From NCBI GenBank assembly GCA_030265395.1, contig JARFYF010000036.1, forward strand, positions 22,594,386-22,658,385: DNA of 64,000 nucleotides, given 5' to 3'. This DNA comes from Rhina ancylostomus. Its lineage: Eukaryota. The position numbers were made by a program, and so were the translations under genes. Under the pieces are notes generated by a model. It made no database searches and was not told the DNA's origin. It worked only from the letters and a program-made list of their open reading frames with translations. The stretch's first letter is position 1, and each line of letters begins with the position of its first letter. This document shows, piece by piece, positions 51,101 to 58,991 of the stretch.

Positions 51101-52277
51101 ACTTTACCGGAACTGCTCACTTTATGACTCCTTGCCCACTCTTACGTCCCCACCCACCAGCCCCTCTGCCACTGCACCTTCCCTTGCAACTGAAGGAGAT
51201 GCAGCACCTGTCCATTCACTTTCTTTCCCACCAGGCAGGGTACCACACAATCATTCTAGGTGAAGCAGCAATTAACTTGCTCTTCTTCCACTCTATTGCA
51301 CTGCATTTGATGCTCACTGTGTGGCTTCCCTCTACATTGGAGAAATCAAAGGCTGATTAGGTAATCACTTTGTGGAGCACCTATGCTCACCTGTCCGCAG
51401 GGGTGATCCTAAACCATCTGCTGCATGCAAGGGAAATCTCAATCCCAATCCCATACCCATTCCAATTTGTCCGTCTGCCACCTCCTCCACTGCCATAGTG
51501 AGGCACACCACAGACTAGAAGCACATCTTATCTTCCATCTAGGCACTGTGCAACCTTCTGGAATAAACATTGAATTTTGCAACTTTAGATGGACTACTCT
51601 CTCATTGTTTCTCATTATGCTTAGATCCCTTTCTCTCCCTTTTGTTTTAAAATGTCTCGGTAATGGTCAGTTAGCATGCTCCTTTTCACCTGAACTGCTT
51701 CAACCCATTTCCATAGAGCCGTGTGTCTTACACCTCACTCCCCACCTCTGCTTTGAAAACACACCCTCCACGCTCCCAGTTCTGAGAAAGGGTCCTGACC
51801 CGAAACGTTGACCGATTTACCCTTCCACAGACGCTGCTTGACTGGCTGAGTACTTGCAGCATTTCTGTTTTTGTTTCAGATTCCAGTGTTTGCAGTTTTA
51901 CTCGTTTTTCAACTTTAAACAACGCACTGTTTCTTTGCATAAATTTCAAAGGCGTTCTTTTTAAAATCAACCCGAAGTCGGCCACAACGTGCAAACTGAA
52001 TTGTGGAAGAAGTGTTCATCAGGTAGATGGACATTTTAATCGAAGTGCCTGATTTGTAAATAGTTACAGATTTAACCTGATGGAAGCGCTCCTTCCATAT
52101 TTTTAAATTCAAATATTTCGGGATTTCTACACCTCACCGTGCGACAATACATGCCCCGCTGTCTTCAAAAGGAAACATGCCGTTTCCGTACCTTAATTGC
52201 TCGCCTGTAATTAGTACTTCAGCTTTGTAATGCCTTTCAATCGCTTTCTTTTTCACGCTGTTCTGAAGACTTTCCAT
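2988..52277 (-). CDS. DEPTOR: DEP domain-containing mTOR-interacting protein (DEPTOR or DEPTOR-like paralog), 9 coding exons, 397 aa
   Basis: Join (minus strand) 52277-52192, 43274-43096, 32848-32725, 31164-30986, 29432-29250, 28272-28132, 21370-21300, 17643-17539, 3113-2988 = 1194 nt with one open frame. All visible splice sites are GT-AG with matching phases. The translation is collinear with human DEPTOR as recalled ([60 protein letters not shown]). Ortholog versus paralog is unresolved. Confidence 0.95.
4520..4580 (-). mobile_element. Short 3' tail of a Penelope-associated repeat
   Basis: agagactgcaaatgctggaatctggaacaaaa is the reverse complement of the tail seen at 13250-13310 and 51830-51900. 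Confidence 0.6.
5257..5298. repeat. Perfect 21-bp tandem duplication
   Basis: cgaatatacttcatatctggc x2. Confidence 0.95.
7545..7660 (-). mobile_element. Ancient SINE fragment (Deu-SINE-like)
   Basis: The gacctcaggatatgccaaagcactc motif is shared with 32360-32600 and, inverted, with 19015-19075. Family call is from recall. Confidence 0.5.
8622..8781 (+). mobile_element. SINE 3' half (same family as 55568-55846)
   Basis: Near-identical to 55660-55835 (caacacttgcgggctgccccca...gtacatgtgactaataaaga). Runs into a gap. Confidence 0.85.
8891..9830 (-). mobile_element. Old CR1/L2-group LINE RT remnant
   Basis: The minus strand at 9500-9620 resembles the PQGSVLG / F.DD RT region but is frameshifted. 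Confidence 0.45.
10700..11995 (-). mobile_element. Rex-Babar-type LINE, 5'-truncated RT and 3' end
   Basis: ORF fragments [63 protein letters not shown] and RLKESFYPS, with frameshifts. Confidence 0.9.
12400..13190 (+). mobile_element. Degenerate PIF/Harbinger transposase relic
   Basis: Ordered remnants ASATFR (~12625; cf. ASGSFQ), [12 protein letters not shown] (~12858; cf. AGFP..IDCTHVP) and VYNRG (~12934; cf. VNRKG). No intact ORF. Confidence 0.45.
13189..13312 (+). mobile_element. Solo Penelope-associated 3' tail with decayed hammerhead
   Basis: cagtcctgatgcagggtctc...acagatactgcctgacc...gagttcctccagc is homologous to 51777-51900. Confidence 0.7.
13667..14070. repeat. ~105-bp imperfect direct repeat, period ~300 bp (13667-13773 and 13967-14070)
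   Basis: Both copies contain tgctctttc.tactgac.cattagcat...atcaagcttccatcgagtt.ataatg.aa.g.ttctcaatggaggacattgtggt. Confidence 0.9.
15615..16410 (-). mobile_element. Rex-Babar-type LINE fragment, internally deleted or gapped
   Basis: ORF 15906..16349: [33 protein letters not shown]...[21 protein letters not shown]. Confidence 0.88.
17539..17643 (-). CDS. DEPTOR: DEPTOR-family exon 8, PDZ ([35 protein letters not shown])
   Basis: Acceptor ttaatttcag, donor AAG|GTAATG. 105 nt, phase 0/0. PDZ carboxylate-binding loop GWGF. Confidence 0.96.
21300..21370 (-). CDS. DEPTOR: DEPTOR-family exon 7 (..[22 protein letters not shown]); 5' end lies in a 9-N gap
   Basis: The visible part 21364-21300 matches KRPVTSEELLTPGAPY. 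Donor ACA|GTAAGT. The start at 21370 is inferred: 6 exonic nt plus a 3-nt acceptor exactly fill the Ns at 21365-21373. Confidence 0.88.
22749..23294. repeat. Copy 1 of a ~530-bp diverged direct repeat
   Basis: Collinear with 24707-25233 (aaattacaac.tggatcatgccaa; ttattaatgagtaa; gttaattaata.ccataaaacatttca; aaaaatatt). Confidence 0.9.
23296..24700 (-). mobile_element. RTE-clade LINE remnant, internally deleted
   Basis: ORF fragments [24 protein letters not shown] and [27 protein letters not shown]. Related to 41300-42010. Confidence 0.8.
24707..25233. repeat. Copy 2 of the ~530-bp diverged direct repeat
   Basis: See copy 1 at 22749-23294. Confidence 0.9.
25250..27350. mobile_element. Possible ancient Harbinger-like relic (GC-richer island)
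   Basis: Weak minus-strand motifs LHFF (cf. ALNFF) and [12 protein letters not shown] (cf. LKMRFRCLDRSG), plus a compositional shift. Low certainty. Confidence 0.25.
25512..25625 (+). mobile_element. SINE 3' fragment (family of 55568-55846)
   Basis: gcaacacttgcaggctgccccca...tacatgtgattaataaagataccttatctta. Confidence 0.85.
28132..28272 (-). CDS. DEPTOR: DEPTOR-family exon 6, linker ([47 protein letters not shown])
   Basis: Lies inside ORF 28001..28324. Acceptor ctttcaatttccag, donor G|GTTGGA. 141 nt. [13 protein letters not shown] and CNPKS match DEPTOR. Confidence 0.93.
28495..28660 (-). mobile_element. CR1 LINE 3' tail
   Basis: Homologous to the reverse complement of 42650-42792 and to 54585-54740. 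Confidence 0.7.
29250..29432 (-). CDS. DEPTOR: DEPTOR-family exon 5 ([61 protein letters not shown])
   Basis: Lies inside ORF 29230..29472. Acceptor ttcttctgcag. Donor G|GTGGAA is weak but is required by phase and homology. 183 nt. Confidence 0.92.
30078..30228 (-). mobile_element. SINE 3' half (family of 55568-55846)
   Basis: Reverse complement of the same tail (gatatctttattagtcacatgtacattgaaacacagtgaaat). Confidence 0.85.
30986..31164 (-). CDS. DEPTOR: DEPTOR-family exon 4, DEP2 ([59 protein letters not shown])
   Basis: Lies inside ORF 30924..31190. Acceptor ccattgacag, donor G|GTGAG. 179 nt. Confidence 0.96.
32358..32600 (-). mobile_element. Ancient SINE (Deu-SINE-like)
   Basis: gcctttcatgacctcaggtcattccaaaccacttt...aaagacaccatctctga. 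Shares motifs with 7545-7660. Confidence 0.5.
32725..32848 (-). CDS. DEPTOR: DEPTOR-family exon 3 ([42 protein letters not shown])
   Basis: Acceptor ctttcttttcag, donor AA|GTGAGT. 124 nt, phases 1 and 2. Confidence 0.96.
39120..40470 (+). mobile_element. Penelope-like element (RT C-terminus, GIY-YIG remnant, 3' tail with hammerhead core)
   Basis: Collinear with 50870-51900. Region 39840-39960 resembles [21 protein letters not shown]. Frameshifted. Confidence 0.8.
40372..40410 (+). ncRNA. Hammerhead ribozyme core remnant in Penelope tail
   Basis: CTGATGA-c-aggt-cttca-acct-GAAA-c: intact core and stem II, but the cleavage site and stem I 3' arm appear deleted. Confidence 0.5.
40500..40810 (+). 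mobile_element. tRNA-derived V-SINE-like element
   Basis: gctgcctcacaattccagggacttgggttcaatcctga (B-box-like), followed by gagtttgcacattctc (V-domain-like). Confidence 0.75.
41300..42015 (+). mobile_element. RTE-clade LINE 3' remnant
   Basis: [39 protein letters not shown]. The tail appears to resume after 42793. Confidence 0.8.
42016..42792 (+). mobile_element. Relatively young CR1 LINE, 5'-truncated
   Basis: ORFs [16 protein letters not shown]...[19 protein letters not shown] and [24 protein letters not shown], followed by a CR1 3' UTR. Confidence 0.92.
43096..43274 (-). CDS. DEPTOR: DEPTOR-family exon 2, DEP1 ([60 protein letters not shown])
   Basis: Acceptor ttttatttatcag, donor G|GTATG. 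179 nt. Typical DEP motif [13 protein letters not shown]. Confidence 0.96.
50178..50860 (-). mobile_element. CR1 LINE 3' fragment nested in the Penelope element
   Basis: [31 protein letters not shown], followed by the CR1 3' UTR. Confidence 0.9.
51777..51814 (+). ncRNA. Degenerate type I hammerhead ribozyme motif in Penelope tail
   Basis: cagtt-CTGAGAA-agggtc-ct-gaccc-GAAA-cgtt-gaccg: stem II gggtc/gaccc, GAAA, palindromic CG stem III, partial stem I. The core deviates from CTGANGA. Confidence 0.55.
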
Positions 52278-52720
52278 GTTTGAATAGAAATCTCCTTCAA
52301 GTTGGCTGCCTCCCTAAACTCTGTGCTGTCTGCACCTGCTGGTCTGCTCAGAACCAGGAGCCCTGGAGTCCCGGCTTCCTGTGGTCAATTTCACAGCCTG
52401 CTGAACGGTTGCTCAATCTTGACACTTCCATGCCCGTATTCCCCTTCTAACTTCCAACTTTCGCTCACACCGATTCTGCCCTCTCTCGGTCTGTTCTGCA
52501 TCTGACAGACTGCGTGACTTTTTGTAATCTGACGTTTATTATTTTATCACTGGAGACCAAGACAGTTTCAAAACTACATACAAAAATCACTACAGTCTCA
52601 GGTTTCATGTAGACTAAAATAAAACATCGGCTTATCTCAGCCCGTGAGGTATTGAGGCCTCGGGCAGATGGGACTGGTGGAGGAGCGAATGACCGATCCG
52701 TGTTCCTATGCAGATTTTTG
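51900..52720 (-). promoter_or_regulatory. CpG-enriched promoter / 5' UTR region of the DEPTOR-family gene
   Basis: CpG dinucleotides are visibly more frequent around exon 1 than in the CpG-depleted remainder. A TGACG half-CRE lies at ~52530. No clear TATA box; the TSS is unknown. Confidence 0.6.
52192..52277 (-). CDS. DEPTOR: DEPTOR-family exon 1 coding part ([29 protein letters not shown])
   Basis: ATG in strong context (aacATGG), with an in-frame TAG 13 codons upstream. Donor AG|GTACGG, phase 2. 86 nt. Confidence 0.93.
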
Positions 52721-53756
52721 TTTCGCTTTTAACTAACTTTATTGAATATAATTTGTACAAAAGTCCAGACCAGCTTTGGGGCATCATCTTCCTCGTCTGC
52801 AGCTCAAAAGGCAGGGCACCCCACCATCATCCTAATTATTTCATTTGTCTCTTTTAAAAAAAGCTCCTATTCTGACAACACTGCTTGTCAGAACATTCTC
52901 CTTTGCAGGGATCTAGTACGGTCTTCAGTCACTCCCAGCAAATCATCTCATCCTCACAGTAGTGTTTAACCTTATCCACTGCCCCATTTCACCCACCACC
53001 CATCCTCAGAGTTCCTGTTATAACATTGACAGTTTTGGGCCAGTCTTGCATTCTTCAGATTTCAATGAAGCCAAGTTGGATTTATTTCATTGCACCACAC
53101 AGTTGGCTTCTCCAGACCTCCTCCCTCCCCCCAGCAAAGGTTTCCACATGCTTAATAATAAACAAGTTCCGTTTCTATTCTCCAGTTGTATTGTTCCCTA
53201 ACCATATTTTCTTGTTAGAAGTTTAGCAAACAAAACTTGAGATGATTTTTTTCCCCACAACATGCAACTTTCTGCAGCACCCCATGATGTTCATTTTCCC
53301 CATTCCTTCACTCCTTCTCTGTTACCAACTCCGGCTGTCTTTGTTTTTCTTCCTGTTTCTCCGATTTGAGATTGTTTTTGCACAATCAATACTGCTTCGC
53401 ATCAGCACTAATCCACATACTCCATCTGGCTTTTATAGAAATCGTACTGAATTCTGAAACAAGGTTTTGTCAACCTGTGGTTTAAGATATGCTCCAACTA
53501 TCCTAATTCAGAAAATAAAAAACAAAATTCTAGAAACATAGTCAGATCACAATGAGTGTATAGTCAACAGACATATTGATATTAAAAGGTGTAACCATCA
53601 GAACAAGAAAAATAAACACTGAACATAAATAGGGTCAGAATAAAAGTGGCAGAGAAAATAGACACCAACAAGGTAAAAATCACCAATAGTAAACTTTAAA
53701 GAAATGACGACAATATGACTTGTATTTGTACAAAATTTAGAAAAGATTATAGACTG

Positions 53757-54055
53757 TATCATAGAGATCTACAGCACAGAAACAGGCCCTTTAGCCCACC
53801 GAGTCCATGCCAACCTTGAACCACGAATCCTACATTAATTCTATTTTTTATTCTCCCCACGTTCTGATTAACTTCCCCCAGATTCTATCACCCACCATAC
53901 ATTAGGGACAATCCACAGTAACCAAACAACCCACTGAACCACATGTCCTTGAGATGTGAAAGCAAAGTGGAGCACCAGGGAAAATGTGCACCCAGACAGC
54001 ACCCAAGGTCAAGAGTGAACTTAAGTCTCGGGCACTGCAATGCATTGTGCCACCC
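53757..54055 (-). mobile_element. V-SINE/HE1-type SINE with CR1-like tail
   Basis: CR1-type tail (catagagatctacagcacagaaacaggccc), reversed V-domain-like body, and a tRNA-like head near 54050. Confidence 0.75.
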
Positions 54056-54229
54056 TCGATTCCAGGAGTTCCTGCCTGCACCATACAACTGCAGGAATAC
54101 GTGTATTCTGGCCAGCTATGCCTTTACTTCACAGTTCAGGGGATGAGGTTTTCACCCAACTGAGTGGCTCAAGAAAAAAGCCACAACTGGGACTTTTGTG
54201 TCTGAAGGTTTGGCAGCCAATAAAACTAT

Positions 54230-55540
54230 GAGAGAGATGGATTGGGGGGGGGGGGGAAGTCAAAGTCTTTTTCCCCAGGGTGGACGTGTCAAGTACTAGA
54301 GGGCATTGCTTTAAGGTGAGAGGGCAAAGTTTAAAGGAGATACAAGAGTCAGAGTTATAGAGCAATACAGCACAGATACTGGTCCTTTGGCCCATCGAGT
54401 CCATACCAACCACGGGCCCACCCAGCTAGTCCCAATTTCCTGTGTTCAGCACATATACCTCTAAGCCCTGCCCCCTAGTTTTGGATTCCCTTACCCTGGG
54501 GAAAAGACTGTTACTGTACACCTTATCTATGCTTCTCACAATTTTAAACACTTCTATAAGGTCACCTCTCATTCTCCTACATTTCATAGAGCCATACAGC
54601 ATGGATAAAGGCCCTTCAGCCCAGCGAGTCCATGCCGACCATGGTGTCTATGCATCTAGTCCCAAATTTCCTGAATCTGGCCCATTTCCCTCTAAGCCCA
54701 TCCCCTTCATGTACCTATCCAAGTGCTTCTTAAATGATACTATTGTACCTGCCTCAACCACTTCCTCTGGCAGCTTGTTCATATACTCACCACCCTCAAG
54801 TCCCTTTTAAATCTTTCTTCTCTCACCCTAAACTTATGTCCCCTAACTTTGGACACCCAAGACTGCTTCCATCCACCTCATCTATGCCCCTCACTATTTT
54901 ATAATCATCCATAAGATTCCCCCCTCATTCTCCTGCACTCCAAGGAATAAAGACCAAACCTGGCCAGTCTCTCCCTATAGCTTAGGCACTCTCGTCCTGG
55001 CAACATCCTCGTGAATCTTTTCTGCACTCTTTCCGGTTTAACNNNNNNNNNNGGTTTAACCATGTCTGTCCTATACAGGGTGACCAAAACTGTACACAGT
55101 ACTCTAAGTGCAGCCTCACCAATGATGTATACAACTGCAACATAACGTCCCAACTCCAATACTCAATGCCCTGACTGATGAAGGCCAGCACACTAGATAC
55201 AGCGTGCAAGAGACTGCAGATGCTGGAATCCAGAACAACAAACACAGATGCTGCTAGACCAGAGTTCCTCCAGCAGATTGTTAGTTGCTAAAAGATTAAA
55301 AGGAGATGTGAGGAAAGCTTCTTACAGAGATTGATAGCCAACTGGAAAGCACCGCCAGGGGAAGAGGTGGAAGCAGACACAATAATGACATTTGAGAGGC
55401 ATTTAGACAGGCACTTGAACAGGCAAGGAATGAAGGGATATGGATCGTATCCAGCAGATGGGATTAGTTTAATTTGGCATCATGATTGGCGCAAACAGTG
55501 GGGTGAAGGGCTTGTTCCTATGTTGTACTGTCCCGTGTCC
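54230..55540. mobile_element. Nested CR1 cluster: a plus-strand CR1 3' end split by at least two minus-strand CR1s and a Penelope-type tail
   Basis: Plus-strand CR1 54230-54345 resumes at 55295-55535. Minus-strand tails begin at ~54347 and ~54585. ORFs [19 protein letters not shown] and ERVQKRFTRMLPG. Confidence 0.85.
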
Positions 55541-55567
55541 CATGTCTGTCAAAGCTGCTAAGGTTTC

Positions 55568-55846
55568 AGGGCACAGTAGCATAGCAGTTAGCATAACATT
55601 ATTATTAATTACGGCTGCTGTCTGTAAGGAGTTTGTATGTTCTCCGCGTGTCAGACTGGGTTTCCTCTGTGTGCTCTGGTTTCCTCCCACATTCCTAAGA
55701 TGTACGGGTTAGGAAGTTGTGGGCATGTTATGCTGGTGCCGGAAGCGTGGCAACACTTGCGGGCTGCCCCCAGAATACTCTACACAAAAGATGCATTTCA
55801 CTGTGTGTTTCAATGTACATGTGACGAATAAAGATATCTTATCTTA
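55568..55846 (+). mobile_element. Near full-length tRNA-derived V-SINE-like element
   Basis: A-box-like head gcacagtagcatagcagttagc, V-domain-like gagtttgtatgttctcc...ggtttcctcccacat, and tail aataaagatatcttatctta. Three more partial copies occur in the window. Confidence 0.88.
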
Positions 55847-57079
55847 CATTAACTACACTGGTTATGAGTTTTATTAAAAAGATAACTAAAAACACAAAAC
55901 ACTTAAAATTAAAGATATTGCTGCAATCATTAGTACTAAGTAAAGCACAACCTTCCTTATTCTTGAGTATCTGTCTCACAGCCACAAACCTCCATTAAAA
56001 CAAATGGGCTTGCAGGTCCTATGTTGTCTAACTTGTAATAAGTTTTTAATAATGATAGAAATTAAAGGGGTGTTAGATAAAGAATAATATAGTGGTTTAT
56101 GTGAAGCTGGTAGAATCCAGTGGTCTAAATGGAAAATAAACAGGTAGGCAAGCAGAAACATTGCCATCCCCTCTCTCACAAAATGCAAGCACCAACCTCT
56201 CCTCTTCCTTTCTCAGCCCCAGTGATTTTAAATCAGATTACTCACAGATGCCCTGATAAAAATTGCTTTGAAGGATAAGCCCATTTGGCGTATGAACCAA
56301 AGTGTACTTGATTACCATTCTTAAATTTATCAGTTTTTTTTTTAGAATCAACATTTTTGAATAGGTTGCTCTATTGCACTGATTTAGTGGATTTTGTGGT
56401 TTTCAGAAGTGCAAAAGAAATGAGCAAAACATTTCTGAAAATTACTACAATTTTGGGCACAATTTGTACAGAAAGGAAATTTTACTCATTTTTAATTGGA
56501 AGATATAGCATGATGTGTGATCATTAGTTACACAGCTGAGGCGAATTGACTTAAATGTACATCTACACACTCTACATCTGACCAAATTTCTTAAGCAGTG
56601 CAGTCCTACAGTGACAGATCTGATGGGATCACATCAGATTGAGCACTCTGGCCAACTAAAAACATTGTTAACAGAAAGAACTGGTTGAATTGAGTAACTC
56701 TATCACTTAATATGACTGTTAATATGACCTCCAAATTCTTAAAATCAAATTCTACTTTGAGTTTAGATTATTCAGTTGCTACAAATACTCAATTTTGCCC
56801 ACCTTATCTATTTAAATTCAGGATATTTATTCATGCTTTCATACGCCCAATTGGCACCAATTGCTGATAATTCAAGAAAAAAATGTATGTGGAGCCAGAG
56901 TGTGACAGGAAAACGCCTGTAATTAAAGCTACACCACAGGAGAACTGTCCTCTCATCATCTTCCCATCCACAAGCAAATGGCAGAGATCCCATTATCAAT
57001 GTATGTCTGAAGATTTCTATGTGGGTAGGTTGTCACCGATTTGGAAGGAGTGGGTGGATTTACTAGCTTGAAACTAAAT

Positions 57080-57226
57080 CACAACATGCACTATGTACAG
57101 AGAATGGAGGGATATGGACATTGTGTATGCAGAAGGGATCAGTTTAGTTAGGTGTTTAATTAGTTTCAGCACAATATTGTGGGCCAAAGGGCTTGTTCCT
57201 GTGCTATACTGTTCTATGTTCTATAT
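57080..57226 (+). mobile_element. CR1 3' tail
   Basis: gggccaaagggcttgttcctgtgctatactgttctatgttctat. Confidence 0.75.
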
Positions 57227-58965
57227 ATTGGTACACTAGTGCAAAAAAATGACAACAAAATTCCTTGCACCCACTTTACTGGGGAGAAAGAGCATGGGAA
57301 ATTAGAAAAGGTTCCAAAATAGCCTGGTAAAGTTTCTGGCTAGATTTGATTTGGCTCCACACATTTTCTCTGTGAACTGCTGTGTTGTGTTTTGTTATCG
57401 CATAAAATCTGCCACTTTTGCTACATGTTCCAATGGCTCCTAAAATGCATAGGAAAGTCAAGGTAATTTTGGCCTTGAGATGCTGTACTGAGATAAATAT
57501 TGGGTGGGTTCTATCCAAAATATATGTACTTCTCACCATCAGAATTCACTGAGCTGGGAAGAGCTTGTAAATTAACTTACAATCTCATATTGATATTTCA
57601 CAGAATTGACATTGAAGATAGGAGGTTTTATTATTTGACAGCAAACCAGTGTAAACATTATTGTGCTGTCACATTATGTAAACTGAGAATTATTTCTAAA
57701 AGGAATAATGTGTGTTGGTGTTTAAGAGCCTCATTGGATTTAAGCAAGCAGTGGAAATAAATGAAAAGCAAGATGATATTTATTAAATTTCTGTAGAATC
57801 ATGATCTGAGGGGGAGAGTTTGACTGTCATTCTCATATTTGGTTCAGAGTTCAAGCCCTCCTGGGAGGTGGCTGTTGCTTCCCAAAGTGTTTAAAAAGAT
57901 GTGGGAGGCTTTTATCCCCCAAGCCACTGGCTTTTCTGGAGGAAAACTATGAAGGGAAAATTTGCACAATGGGAACAGGGGGCTATGCTCCAAATTTGAT
58001 CACCTTGATAGAAATTACTTTAAAGTAGGGATTAATTAATTGCACGCATTTCCCATGCAGTTCATTTCACAAAATGGATAACATAGATAGAGGAAGCATA
58101 GTATAGTCTTAAAGCAATTGAAGGATGTAAATGGAACATAGCCAATAAAATGAAACTAACTATTATTTGGATGATTGCTTTCTTTTTCATGTTTAAGGCC
58201 GAAACTCTTAATGAGCAGTGTGCTGTGAATTTTTGAATTATTAAAGTGTGCTGATTCTGAGTTGAGTGACTTTGATTCATGTAATCAATCAGTACATCTC
58301 CTTTAATAGTGTCATATGCTGTCTCTGCTAAGATCACTGTGGTCTAATATTAACTAAAAGATATATACAGATTACTACTTGCTCATCATAGAGTTTTTAG
58401 CATACATTTCTGCTGACATTGATTTGCCACTATCCACAACAGATTTCTCAGGTTACAGATGGAGGTTCCTGTTTAAATAACAGGTTCTTAGTACAAAGAA
58501 GCTTGCTGCTAATAAATAGGTCATTAAATTTTCCACCAATGAACAATCTCATCTATTTCAGTCAGCTGTTTCTATGCATGGTCTATTTACTATTCAGCTA
58601 TTAGTCATGGTTTCTGTGCTACAATTACAATTAGTGATAAGAATATGAAGGTCAACAATCTAATACAAGGATACAAAAAGTTAACCATTAAAAAGACACC
58701 AAAAAGTACACAATATACCCATTTCTAAATGAATATGAAAATATCTTTGGTTTCCAATGGAAAGCAAAAATGAGCAAAAAATGTTATTTACTGGTTTAAA
58801 CTTTAAATTTCAATTTGATCTCTGAAATACCAAAGGGCATTTTGCTACATTAAGGTGAAAAATAAATTCAAACCATTGCCAATGAAACTAGGTTTGCAAT
58901 AAAACATACAAAATATTCTCTGCAAACTTGTGCAAGAGTATGTACACTTCTAATAACAATTATAG

Positions 58966-58991
58966 AAATTCACAGCATAAATTCACAGCAT
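58966..58991. repeat. 13-bp tandem duplication
   Basis: aaattcacagcat x2. Confidence 0.9.

Larger units (their letters stand above)
49690..51905 (+). mobile_element. Penelope-like element (RT and GIY-YIG remnants, 3' tail), interrupted by a CR1
   Basis: [22 protein letters not shown]...[34 protein letters not shown] motif at ~51333, [21 protein letters not shown], and a hammerhead-like tail. Confidence 0.9.

Noticed and set aside
50857-51811. Long ORFs of 167 and 128 aa
   Set aside because: Off-frame or broken readings of the decayed Penelope element, not host genes.
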